A DNA stretch of 64,000 nucleotides from Callorhinchus milii (taxonomy: Eukaryota), in NCBI RefSeq assembly GCF_018977255.1, contig NW_024704742.1, positions 95,730,001-95,794,000 on the forward strand. The letters are read 5' to 3'. Each line of letters begins with the position of its first letter. Positions within the stretch are counted from its first letter, which is position 1. Of the stretch, positions 39,915 to 51,510 are shown in pieces. The notes beneath the pieces were generated by a model. That model worked only from the letters and a program-made list of their open reading frames with translations, was not told where the DNA came from and did not search any database. A program made the translations under genes and the position numbers.

Positions 39915-40690
39915 TGTCAGCCTGGCTCTGTTGGTAACACTCTTGTCTTTAAGTCATAAGATTGCGGGTTGAAACCCTACTTGCGGATTTTGAACTCACA
40001 GTTCAGGCTAACTGGAGTCCTGTAGCTCAGTGGTTAGAGCACTCGCCTCACAGGGGAGAGACCTGGGTTCGATTCCCGGCAGGGAGAAATGTTGGGCAAG
40101 TTTCTTTACTCCACTAGCCTCTGTTTACCTAGTGGTAAGTAGGTTGATTGGTGGATCACTTTTCCGGGGTAATAATTCTTAAAAAAATAATAAATTGTTC
40201 ACTTCAATTCACGACTGTTTGTGAGACATTGCTGTGTGTAATTGCTGCCGTGTTTCGCCCACAAAATATATACAGTCAATTCACTTTACAGTATATTCTG
40301 TGAAGCGCTTTGAGATGTCTTGAAGACGTGATAAGGCGCTATATCAAATGCAAGGATTATTATTATAACACTCCAATAATGTTGGAGGTGCCGTCCTTCG
40401 GATGAGATGTTAAAACCGAGGTCCTGTCTGCCTGTCCAGTTTGATGTTAAAGATCCCATGCCATTATTTGAAAAGAGAAGAGAGTTTCTGCCAGTCTGCT
40501 GGTCAATAACTCTCCAGATGAAATTGGTCATTCACTTAATACTGTTTGTGGGATGTTACTGCTTGTAAACCGGCTGCTATGTTTACCTATAAATACATAG
40601 TCAGGCACGCCAATGAACATCCTGTGAGGTGCTTTGAGACATGAGAACAATGTGATATGGTACTATATCAAATGCAAGAATTATTATTAT
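39915..40690 (+). mobile_element. Deu-domain SINE interrupted by a younger SINE
   Basis: Head 39915-40012; resumes ACACTCCA..GGAGGTGCCGTCCTTCGGATGAGATGTTAAA at ~40367. Confidence 0.85.
40014..40366 (+). mobile_element. tRNA-derived SINE, long subfamily
   Basis: Full head, GCCTCTGTTTACCTAG internal segment, (ATT)n tail. Confidence 0.95.
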
Positions 40691-41167
40691 CTTGTGCAGA
40701 TTGCCTTTTTTTGTCCCTTTTGAAGCTTCTTTCCTTCTGTTGAAGCTGCTTGATCATGCTGGGGTATATAACATGGCTAGAAGGTGCTATCTGTCTCCCA
40801 CATACCATAGATAAGTGTGAACTCAAAGGGAGTGTTGATATGCTATTTGAACATGGGAAAATATCAATGGTGAACTTGGTCGTGTTCTCAGCCAACATAC
40901 ATACAGTGCATTTTCTCTCGTGGGTTTTATTGGATAAAGACAAGAGGAATGGGAACCGTGTCTAATCTTCCCCTCAGCACAAGGCTGCTGAAAACCCACT
41001 ACTACCTCAGTTGTGATCAGCTATCAGAGCCCTTTCTGGTATGTTTCACACTGGGCGAAAGCTTTATAATGGTACTTTATAAAAGTTTGCCCTTCAATTC
41101 TGAGGACGGGCATTTTGTGTTCAGGAAACTTTCTTTGTTGAACACAACACTTGACATAAATATTGTA

Positions 41168-41293
41168 TCACTCTGCATTAGCCTTACGTCATTCCATGTT
41201 GGATCCTATAAACTTCACATGAATCCTGTGTCACTCCACATGAATCTTGTATCGCTCCACATGCACTCTACATCACTCCACATGAACCCTGTG
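41168..41293. repeat. 21-bp minisatellite (TCACTCCACATGAATCCTGTG) x6
   Basis: Six imperfect units in register. Confidence 0.85.
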
Positions 41294-41559
41294 GCAGTCC
41301 AAAGAGTTTGCACTGAATAATTACCACTGAGTCTTTTTATCATAATCCACATTGACGGTCACATTTATGATATTACCTTGGCCATGTGTTATGCAGGCCC
41401 ATAAAAACAATTAGCAAAGCCAAACTGACATTAAAAATGATCTCAGAGTAACTGAAAAAAGGCAGATGGATATTAAGTTAGGAAATGAAAAGGGGAGCTG
41501 TACAAATGTTGTAATGTAGTTTAGAAATGACTAAAGCAGTATATCCAGTTCTAATAGTG

Positions 41560-41811
41560 TATAATAATAATAATAATCCTTGCATTTGATGTAGTGCTTT
41601 TCACGTTGGCGGACGTCCCAAAGCGCTTCACAGAACACACTGTAAAGTGAATTGACTGTATATTTGTGGGCGAACGGGGCAGCCAATTGCGCACAGCAAT
41701 GTCCCACAGACAGTCGTAGATTGAAAATGACCAATTTATTATTGTTTGGGGTTTTGAAGGGATTATTATTAGGCGTGTGGAGTAAGGAAACTTGCCCAAG
41801 GTTTCGCCCTG
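41560..41811 (-). mobile_element. SINE, short subfamily, 5'-truncated (no tRNA head)
   Basis: Matches 25513-25765. Confidence 0.95.
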
Positions 41812-41940
41812 ACCTGGAAACTGTATGCTCACAGTGCCAGTTACTGCGCTAATTATACCACAGCTAAGTCTGAAAAATTAGTCTATGCATTGAACTCAGG
41901 ATGTCTGTCACTAATTAAATTAGACTTCAATTGGATAAAT

Positions 41941-42270
41941 GGATAATAATTTTTGTATTTGATATAGTGCCTGTAATGTTAAAACATCTCAAAGTCCTTC
42001 ATTGGCATTTGCTCCAAAGTGTAATAACTGTATCAATAGGTATATGCGACAGTGAATTTCCACACAGCATTGTCCTACAAAAATAAGGTGAACGATCAAT
42101 TTATCTGAAGGATTGTTGAGCATAAATATCAAGTGATTTTTAATGCCACCTGAACAGGCACACAGACTCTTGATTTAAAGTCTCACCTGAAGGACAGCAT
42201 CTCCGAAATGGAGCATTCTTCCCCCAGCACTGCACTGGAGTGAGAGTGAGACTGTGAGCTCATAACCTTA
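41941..42270 (-). mobile_element. Decayed Deu-domain SINE
   Basis: Tail plus GTCTCACCTGAAGGACAGCATCTCC, GCACTGCACTGGAGTG. Confidence 0.65.
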
Positions 42271-43311
42271 TGTCCCAGAGAAGAGTGCTGTGTTCCATTA
42301 TGTCACACTCCCGGATAAATAACACAGAAGTGAACGGGAAATGGTCAGTTGGTGAATGACTTTAAATATTGTCAAAAACTTTATCAATTATATTGCCAGG
42401 TCAGGGTGTGTGCAAAGCAGAATTTTCTCCAAAATGTGCCCGTCAATGTTGCCTACTATCTTGTTTGTATTTCTCCAAACATCCAACATGAAACCACCTC
42501 ACTGAGCCCACATCACACAAAATGCTCATTTCATTGAAAGGAACTTCTACAATTATCTTTCACAGGCTTTTATCTGATTTTATTTATTATCTATAAAGGT
42601 GCATGTCACAAAACACACAGCAAATTAAATAAAATTTGAATTTTGAAATGCCACTGCTTTTTGAAGCTCAAAACATCCATTAAACATATAATATAAATAT
42701 ACTTTGAATGAACTGGCCCTGACTATGTTTTGAAAAAGAAAAACCTCCCACAGACATCAGAAGACTAAATTAATAGTTTAATGATAGGACGGAGACAGAA
42801 ATCTTCCCCATCGAGCAACTGCTTGTTCTGTCAACTAAATGACTGCGGTATTGAGTTACACAGGCTATCACAGACTGAGCCTTCATTAAAAAAAATCAAA
42901 CCACTTAACATAATTGTTAAAATCTACCGTACATTTCTATCAACAACCGTACAACTTGCCTCAAGCGTAACAAATTACTGTGGAATTTTTACATTGGTGT
43001 AAGAGTAATACAATACTATAATTACAGTCCTACCACCATAATAAATCAAACTCCAGAATATCACCAGAAGGATTTGTGTAGCCAAGAAAAGTAGAGCATC
43101 AATTTTCTCACCTTTCCTTAACTTCTGTTTTCAAATAAGAATTCAAGTAAACAGAAATCTGTGGCCTTATGTCTCACTTGCCAAGCAGTTGTGTTAGCGA
43201 GCCTGACTCCAGTAACATCTGTGTTGTTTAACTGCATGGCATGTGGTAATAGGGGCTTACATGGCTGGATGAAAGTTGCACGGAGAAAGTTGGCGAAAAT
43301 TCAATGTGTGC

Positions 43312-43705
43312 TCTCTCAGTGGCTCGGCTGGTTAAAACGACTGCCTGGTGTGATACATGGCCGTTTAGGTCTGTAAGATCCCAGGCTCAAATCGTGGTCT
43401 GTGCTGAATTGATTCATCTCAGCAGGGACAGCAGCACCCCCTGGATTAGTGAGGAAAATATTAGTCAAGGTTCCTGCCTCAGGTCAATCTCCAGGACTCC
43501 AGTACATTGTAGGTGCGCATGTGTAGAGATTGGGCGTGTGGAGAGTTGGGTGTGCGAAGGGTTGGTTGTGCGCAGGGTTAGGTGTGAGCAGGTTTTGGTG
43601 TGAACAGAATTGGGTGTGAGCAGGGATTGTATCTGATGTTAAGGAGGTTGTTGACACTAATGCAGGAAGAATGGTCATTTAGACAAGGTACCCTAGGCGA
43701 TCAGC
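43312..43705 (+). mobile_element. Unnamed SINE-like family Z, containing a 16-bp minisatellite (~43545-43625)
   Basis: GTGGCTCGGCTGGTTA A-box-like start; GGTCTGTGCTGA..TCTCAGC motif shared with ~17420, ~36450(-), ~48640, ~49130; downstream part shared with ~61215. Confidence 0.6.
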
Positions 43706-43734
43706 AGAAAAAGAATGATTTAAATAGCCATCAA

Positions 43735-43940
43735 TGCATGGAAATTTCCCTGTGTCTGGAATGGAATGCATACTCTCTCCCTCGAGCGACACATCCTATT
43801 TACTTAAATCCTTATTGGATACAGATTGGGGAGAGTCAAAGCTTGAGTTTGTGTGGGGATACTGCTGGAGTTTAACCAGCTAAAACCACATAGCTTCCCA
43901 TTAAGAGCATTGTCTGGCAAGCATTCCACTGCTTGTCCGG
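43735..43940 (+). repeat. Unnamed repeat family X, copy 4
   Basis: CATGGAAATTTCCCTGTGTCTGGAATGGAATG...GAGCATTGTCTGGCAAGC. Confidence 0.85.
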
Positions 43941-43949
43941 TTGATGGGA

Positions 43950-45560
43950 CAACAACAACAACTTGCGTTTATATAGTGCCCTTCATGGAGGGTAGCGTCC
44001 CAGAACACTTGACAGTGGCTGAGTCTGAGCCAGGAGGAGAGGGAGGGAGGCAGATAACCATAAGTATGATCACAAAGGAAGATCTTTAGGCTGGATTTGA
44101 AAGTGGGGGGAGGGCATGAAGGGATTTGAAAATGGAGGTGACTGTTATACCATAGAATTATACAGCATAGCAGGAGGCCATTTAGCCCATCGTGTCTGTG
44201 CCAGTTCTTTGAAAAGTGCTATCCAATTCAATCTCACTCCCCTGCTCTCTCCCCATAGCCCTGCAAACTTGTCCTCCCCAAATAATTATCTATTACCAGG
44301 GTGAGACGGACCTGGTTTTCAGGGGAACAAGGGAATTGAAAGTTGAGGAGAGCTGCATCTGGATCACTGCGGGTGGAATGCCAAAGGGAAAGAAGATCCG
44401 AACAAGAGAGGGCGTTTGTAGGGGCAATTGGAGGGGAAGCTTTTTCCATGGGTGGAAGAAGATGGTGGAGGGCTTGGAGGAGGGGAGGGTAATATGAGAG
44501 ACGAGGGAGATGAGGAAGTGGTCTGAGATGGCCTTGTCTGTGATGATCAGATCAGAAATGTCTAGGCCATGGGAGATCACAAGGTTGAGAGTGTGGCCAC
44601 AGTTGTGGATCGGGTAGTTTATGCGGAGAGTAAGCTTTAGGGTGTAGAGGATAGCAGTGAAGTCAGAGGAAATGGAGCAGGGGGAATTGAGATGAAGGTT
44701 GATAGCATCTATTATGAGCAGACGTTTTGTGCAGAGGGACAGGGATGAGAGGAGAGTGGAGATATCCGCTAGGAAGAGGCCAGAAGGTTTGGGGGGGTGG
44801 TCGACTGCAAGAATTCTGAAGAAGAGAGAGGAAGGATGGTAGAGGGTGAGGTGCTCAAAAGAGGGGAAACAGCCAAAGGAATAGTGGGATTGGGAGGTGA
44901 GTGCCACCTCGCTGCCGTGTTTGTTGGGGCAGGGGTGTGGTGAGAAGTGTAACCAGGTGGGGAGGCTTTTTGATGAGGGGGATGGGGTCAACAGGAGGAG
45001 AGCCAGGTGTCCGTGAGTCCAAAATTGTCTAATTGCTCGTCCAGGATGAGGTTGTGGATTGCAAGAGATTTATTTGAGAGGGAGCGGACATTTAGGAGGC
45101 CAATGCGAATGGGGGCTCAGGTGGGGGAGGGTTGGGGATGTTATAGATTGTGGGGGAGAAGAATTGTCAAGTGTGAGGGGTGAGAGTCGGGGAGGATGTG
45201 AGAAGGGGGCGTTTTCCTGTCAGAGGCGGGACTTGCAGAGTAGGTGGGGAATGGGGCAGTCGGGGTAGCTGAACTGGGACAACCATTGCTGAGTACTTCA
45301 GTGAGCCCGGCAGTGAATGCCCAGGCAGGGGGAGGCCGAGGTAGGTTCCAGGAGAGAGAGACGACAGGGAGGACAGGAGGAGACAATGACTGAGTTGGAG
45401 TAACGAAAGGTGGGGAGTAGGAGCGGGGGCATTTGGGGAGGGTGTGGCTTGGGTCAGGGGCAGCAGCCAAATGCTCACCGTGAGACTGGGAGCAGCGCAA
45501 TCGGTAAGGCATCGTCAGCCCGCAGGCATGGCGGTTGCGGAAGTCTAGAGGAGACAGTGT
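43950..45560 (-). mobile_element. L2 LINE: 5' region + endonuclease + 3' end, RT missing
   Basis: IGLLNVRSLSNK..IHNLI..LTDTWL (~45000-45115), LLIIDAINLH, ISDHFLIS; (GTT)n tail at 43950. Confidence 0.9.
44150..44292 (-). mobile_element. CR1 3' end lying within the L2
   Basis: Near identical to 62205-62340. Confidence 0.9.
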
Positions 45561-45639
45561 ACACTATCCTATCAGGACTTTGGCTTGAAGGGTTTACAGG
45601 GGCTTAGTAGGAAGAATTCTTATCCACAGTGATGTCTGA

Positions 45640-45810
45640 CTCTCTGTGACGAGCCAGGCTGTCTGGTCTGTGATCAGTATTGTGTACCCGCCTGGCTCAG
45701 GAAATGGACTATAGAGACCACCAAAGCTGATTGACTCGATTCCTACATTCCGTTGCCAAACACATCAACTTGGAGTCAGCTCAGCCCCTAGGACGACTAC
45801 ACTTACCTAC
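45640..45810 (-). repeat. Repeat family Y, copy 2
   Basis: GAGCCAGGC...GCCTGGCTCAGGAAATGGACTATAGAGAC...CTCGATTCCTACATTCCGTTGCCAA. Confidence 0.8.
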
Positions 45811-47493
45811 CCCGGCCTCCCTAAGGAGGGTAGTAACTAGTTGATCATTAATTAGGATGGATTTAAATAGATTGCACATGTATTCCAAAAAAAATCAGTA
45901 GAAAATTAGTTTCTTCTGCTTTCTCATGTATTTAAATAAAAATACACTTCGGCATATATTTGACACTGAATTTTTTATTGTATTTGTCCAAAGTGCTGTG
46001 AATAAATTCAATAATAATCTCACTTGTGTGTGCGTGTATGAGTGTGTGTGTGTGCGGAGGAAGGGGGTGGGGGTGAATGATGATCTCTTTTCCCTTTTCA
46101 TCTCGATGAGGGAGTTAGTGATGAGGAGTGGAATAGTTCTCCACTGTGAACACTCAGCTTTGGCATCAGTTGTTCCTAGGTCAGCTGTAATTTAGGTTTG
46201 ATATAGCTTTAAGCTCTCCCCACTTGATTCTAAAATTGCCTGAAGCAATTTACTGTGGCACTTTCACAGTTATGAAAGGGGAAAGACTTTTATCTGATCC
46301 ATTGGGGATAGATTCAAACCCAGAGGTAAACTACAGTTCTTTACTCTTAATACACTGTCCAGTCATTCTGAAAGAAAAATCTCTAAGTTTTATAATTGAT
46401 ACAGATTTGTGGAAAAAATTTATTTTTAAGATTAATGGTTGCCCATGACCTGCAACTGAAGCTTCAATAGGCAGTTAACTGATCCTTGTTCCTTATTTAC
46501 TTTATTGCATTGCTGCCAACAAGCCTTCTAATAAATAATAATCCTTACATTTGATACATGTCATCGAAATGACTCAAAATATTTTGAGTTATTTCTGCTG
46601 CTCAAATAATGGTGGCAGGTCAGGGGAATGGAGAGAGATGTGCCTGATTATTATGGTCCACACTTTGTGATTTCTCTACCATAACTTGACAAACAAATAT
46701 TCTGCTGTTGGTTTGTGCATGTGTGAGGATTTTCACATCATCGCGATACTTATCTGATGGCGTCACCATCGTGGCATTGGTCTGCTTGTTCTGGCAACAA
46801 TATTCTTCACTATGGAGTTGTGTCTCCTGCATGCAGAGGCAATGGGAGATCTGGTTCAAAATCAAGTCTTAGTAGATGCTGAACTAGGAAAACCATTGAT
46901 TTTTATACCAGTTGCCTCTGGAGACAAACGAGCAGTGTAAAAGTGATACATGTGTTTATCAAAATGTAGGAGTCATGTTGCTCCTGGATATCAGAGATTC
47001 ACGTACAAAATGTTTGCTGTCACCTGCAAGCTATATTTTCACTGAGCAGGAGCTTTTTCCTGTCTAGATATGTCTTAGGATTTCATGTTGGTGATCAAAT
47101 GGATATGTGCATGCAATCAATTATCCCTTGCACTTGTGGGAAGCCTGCTGTCTGAAAGAACTTTAGCTGCTGTCAAGTTTTCTGCTGAATGTTCGAATTG
47201 AACCTATGTATCTGAGGTCAGGAAATCCCTTAAGACATTTCCGACTGTGGAGAACGTTGGAAAATTCTTATATTCAGCATTAATTTGGAAGCAGATAATT
47301 GTGGAAAACAGATTTTAAATTCAAAGTGAAAGAAGAAATTTCTAAGCTTCTACACAATCTTACATTTGAAGGGAATAGTCTGAAAGCTATGACCACGGAG
47401 GGATCTGGTGCCCAAGGGATCTGGTACTTTTTGAGTAGTAGTGATCTGCTCCTTCTACATTGTAGGCTTGGATTCTATGGTACCTAAACAAGT

Positions 47494-47564
47494 TCATTGG
47501 TGGTTCAGTGGTAAAATTATTGTCTGCCACTTGAGAACCTTGAGTTTGATTCCCAGCTGGTGCA
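47494..47564 (+). pseudogene. tRNA-Gly(GCC)-derived sequence
   Basis: 71 nt gapless against recalled vertebrate tRNA-Gly-GCC (about 53/71 identical); CTGCCAC anticodon loop; stems disrupted. Confidence 0.85.
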
Positions 47565-47574
47565 AAGTATTTAG

Positions 47575-47650
47575 ATTTGTGTGGAGTATAAACAGTGGCA
47601 CAGACCAGTTGGGCCGAATGGCCTATTTCCATCCTAGACATTCTATATAA
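47575..47650 (+). mobile_element. CR1 3' tail fused to the tRNA-Gly head
   Basis: GTGGAGTATAAACAGTGGCACAGACCAGTTGGGCCGAATGGCCTATTTCC; similar to the reverse complement of 25290-25368. Confidence 0.8.
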
Positions 47651-47704
47651 CATCCATATGTAAACGTCCTGCATGCTCAAGCCTGTGTTCTGGTCACAAA
47701 ACAG

Positions 47705-47992
47705 TATGAGGCAAAAATAGAAGTCGCTGGGAACACGCAGCAGGGCTGGCAGCATCTATGGAGAGAGGAAAATTAGTTAACGTTTCAGGTCGATAACCTT
47801 TTGTCAGAACAGGTTCTGATGAAAGGTTATTGACCTGAAATGTTAACTTATTTTCATTTAGCAGGAGCTTTTTCCTGTCTAGATATGTCTTAGGATTTTC
47901 CTCTCTCCGTAGATGCTGCTTGACCTACTGCTTGTTCCCAGCGACGTTTGGTTTTATTTTAGATTTACAGCATCTGCAGTATTTTGCCCTTT
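47705..47992. mobile_element. Fold-back (palindromic) Penelope-terminus-derived element
   Basis: Inverted arms 47723-47810 / 47813-47945 centred on TCAGAAC-AG-GTTCTGA; arm homologous to 17770-17864. Confidence 0.9.
47813..47848 (+). ncRNA. Minimal hammerhead ribozyme motif
   Basis: GUU-CUGAUGA-A-AGGUU(AUU)GACCU-GAAA-UG-UU-AAC. Confidence 0.7.
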
Positions 47993-49694
47993 GAGACAAA
48001 ACTAGTGTCATCTTAGATTATGAGCTCAATGTCCTGATGTGGGGTTTGAATTTTTTGACTTGGAGACAACAGTGCTACTAACTGAGCCAGGCTTGTGCTA
48101 CCTCAAGGTGGTAGGTATTCTGGAAGGTTGGGATCAAATGGGCTGAAAGCTCTTCTTCATCCAAACCTCGTGATCTTGTGTTGTATTGATCCATCTTTCC
48201 CGATACTGATTGACCAACTCTGGGTGCCTATCATTTTCTGCTTTTGTTTCATATTTCTGAGATTCACACTTTTTCTTTCCTTTTTAACTCTCCTGTGTGC
48301 GCTGCTGTCATCTTGAATTAAAGTCAAAAGATTTATGAAGATCTTATGGAAATTGAAGGCTGTGTATCTGTTTAAAAGAATTACAATACTGGAACCCAGA
48401 GATTAGATAAGCTAGCCTTGCATCTCAGCAAATCGATAAACTAGCAGGGCAGCCTGCAGAAAGGTGTTGACTTATTTAGTTAAAGGCATTTCTTCTCTTT
48501 GGAGGGATTTGGTTGAGCCAGAAGGCTTCTGAAAGTGGACCTCAGGTGGTCAGAATGCACCTGAGTACATCACCCCAGAAATAAATATAATGAAAGTGAG
48601 TTGCTGTTGACCCATTAATAAAGCTGACAGCTTTAAGGGCTACCCATAACTCAGTTGGTAAACTGAGCCTTACTTCAGCCATTGACTTGTGTCAAGCTGA
48701 GCCGTACAATCTGGGAAGATTTGATCTCAGGGAAGATTTGCGCTGGGTTAGATGATCTCAGACAGGGAAGCAGTTGGGATGCTACAATTAGCTTCAGAGC
48801 CCCTATCATTGTCCACTTCATCCTATGTGAACCGTCTAATTGCCTCACACTCCTAGCAGCCACACAAATGGTTGTTAACTTAGCTACTGCTGCAATTCTG
48901 ACATAACATCCGCTTGAACTGGAGTACAATTTAAAAACGTAGCATATGATGTTAGACTGGTGATATTACATCTAACAAAAATGCAGTCGGAATTCAATAT
49001 TTCTTCCTGTCATGGGGGGGAGGGAGAAATAATCCTAAAGCCAGTCAGAATTATTGACTGCTTTTGATATGATAATTTCATCTGCTATAACATTACATGC
49101 CGCGTAATTAAAAAGGGCTCTGTTGGAATAAGGAACTGAGCCACGTCGATCTCGAAGGTCCCATCTTTGATCCCTGGTCTGTGGTGACTGAGCTGATCAC
49201 AGCTGGGGCAGGAGTAAGTGGGCTATGGTTCCTCTGGACTAAAGAGGGAAATAGATAAGCTGGATGTGGATAGCTCAACCCTAGAAATGAAAAGTTCAAA
49301 ACAAGGGAACGTGCAGGTGAAATGCTCTATGTGATGATTATCACAGGTGATAATGATCATTCTGTCATCGGAATTTCAGCTCCTTGTTATGTCCCAGTGA
49401 ATAACTGGTCGAGCGTTAATCTCCCCCCCACTTGCTTGAAACCTTAAGAAAATTATTGAACCTAAAGCAGTTTAGGTGGCAATTGATCCTGCTATCATAC
49501 CTTGATTCACAAGATACCATCTTAACTCAACCTTTAACGTACAAATGAATGTATTTTGCCAGTGATGAGCTCTACACTTTAACTCAATGTAACTGCCACG
49601 ATGGCACAAACCATTCAATGTGGGCATCATCAGACAGGAATTACACAGAGTGCAAACACTGGGAGAATTCAGGCAGGAATTAAAGAGAATGGCA

Positions 49695-49900
49695 TAATAA
49701 TAATAATGATAATAATCTGTATCTTTGTTAAGACATCTTTAATGTTAGGAGGATGTCTCAAAACACTTTATAAGATATACTGTGAAGTGTAGTGACTGTG
49801 TGTCTTGTGGGCAAAAATGGCAGCCAATTTGTATAAAGCAATATCCTAAAACATCCGGGAAGTGAGTGACCAATTTTATTCAGGGATTGTTAGCCAGGAA
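49695..49900 (-). mobile_element. Decayed SINE 3' half
   Basis: (TAA)n, GGCAGCCAATTTG motif. Confidence 0.7.
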
Positions 49901-50554
49901 AGAGGGAAAAATTAAAACCACATCAAACAGCTACCACAAAACAAAGACCAAGTAAAAAGTAACCAATAATTGAGATTAACATTTAAATGCTTGTAATCCC
50001 ATTTCTGTGTCAGGTAATGCTGAGGAACTGCTGAAGCTTTGTGTCACTTTGCAATGATGATACCTTAATGCTATTGCTATCTGGTAATAATTTTCCATTC
50101 TTCTTTATAATGTTTTGTGGAAATTAATCACAAAGTACAAGGAACAACCACAATAAAAAACATGGACTATTTGTTTGCATGCATTTCAACCCAGTTCTTA
50201 CTTAATAGGTTGTTACTTAATACGAGTACACACTCAGTCATACACATGCAGACAAACAGAGTTGATGTAGGAATGACCTCTCTGAGGTATGATGAAAAGT
50301 TTGGTTTAAGTTTCATTGCACAGCGACTGTGGTAGCAATCAACACAATAACAGAAGGCCTCTCCTAGGCATATCTTTTCTGGCACAGGAGAAATGATGTT
50401 CATCTCCATCACATATATTAGTGTGGAATTTCTTGCTCACCGACCAATGAGTCTTGGAGTGAATAGTGGATGTGGTTAGGGAAGGTCAATGTCTTGCATG
50501 CAATGCTTTTTCCAATTAGTTTATTAGAAAAATCCACAGACAAACAAGGGATTA

Positions 50555-51235
50555 GAGCAAAGGTTTGAACACGAGTGTGAAGATCTTGAAGTCGATCCAT
50601 TCGGTGATGGGGAGCCAGTGGAGTCTGGCCAGAAATAGTAAGATGTAGGTATGGAGTTTGGATCCGGATCAGTATGCGGGCGGCAGAGTTCTAAATGAGT
50701 TGGATCTTTTGAATAGTGGAGCTGGGGAGACTGGTGAGGAGTGCGTTTGAGTAATCCAGGCCGGTGGTGACAAACGCATGCACGAGGGTTTCGGTTGGGT
50801 TTCGGGTAAGGTACGGTCAAAGAAATGCAATGTGGTGAAGGTGGAAGAAGGTAGTCTTGGTCAGGGACCAGATGTGGGGGAGGAAGGAGTATGGCTTCCA
50901 TTTTGTCGACATTCAGCTGCGGGAAGTTTGCAATCATCCAGGCCCTGATGTCTGCCAAACAAGTTGATGGAACATCGGTGGACATGGAGTTGGTACTGGA
51001 GGAAGCAAAATAGATTTGTGTGTCATCCGCAGACATGTGGAAGTTTACCCCGTGTCCCCAGAGCGGGTCGAGGCACCAGGTGGTGAACTTCATGGAGCTG
51101 ATTGTGGTTGAGAGGGAGGAGGGAGGAATGGGCGCAAAGAGTGTAAGAAGGGAGGAGTGGCAGGAGCTGTGGCAGAGGGAGAAGGTGGTATGGATAATCT
51201 GACTGGGGTGGAAGGTGACATGAGGGGGGAGACAT
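50555..51235 (-). mobile_element. L2 internal fragments with RT remnant
   Basis: HGVNFHMSADDTQIY...CLADIRAWM..NFPQLN..K.EAIL. Confidence 0.9.
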
Positions 51236-51369
51236 TCATTCATAGTTCAGTACATTTACTTGCGAGGTATAAAATGTGTACCTTCTCTACCTGAACAGAA
51301 CATACAATGTTTTTGCATGTCAAATGCGCATCAAACACTGTGTCCTTTTTTTCTTAACAAGATGTCCCT

Positions 51370-51510
51370 CACACGCTTGGCAATGGAATGTCGGAGTCAA
51401 GAAAACCCTCTTGGCGGACTTGATATGGTTCCTGAGCCAGGTCTGCAGTATTCCAGGACACTGCTCATGACAGCACAGCCACCCTGGCTCATCAGCAGCA
51501 CTCGGAGGGG
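51370..51510 (+). repeat. Repeat family Y, copy 3
   Basis: CTTGGCAATGGAATGTCGGAGTC...TTCCTGAGCCAGG...CCTGGCTCATCAGCAG. Confidence 0.75.
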
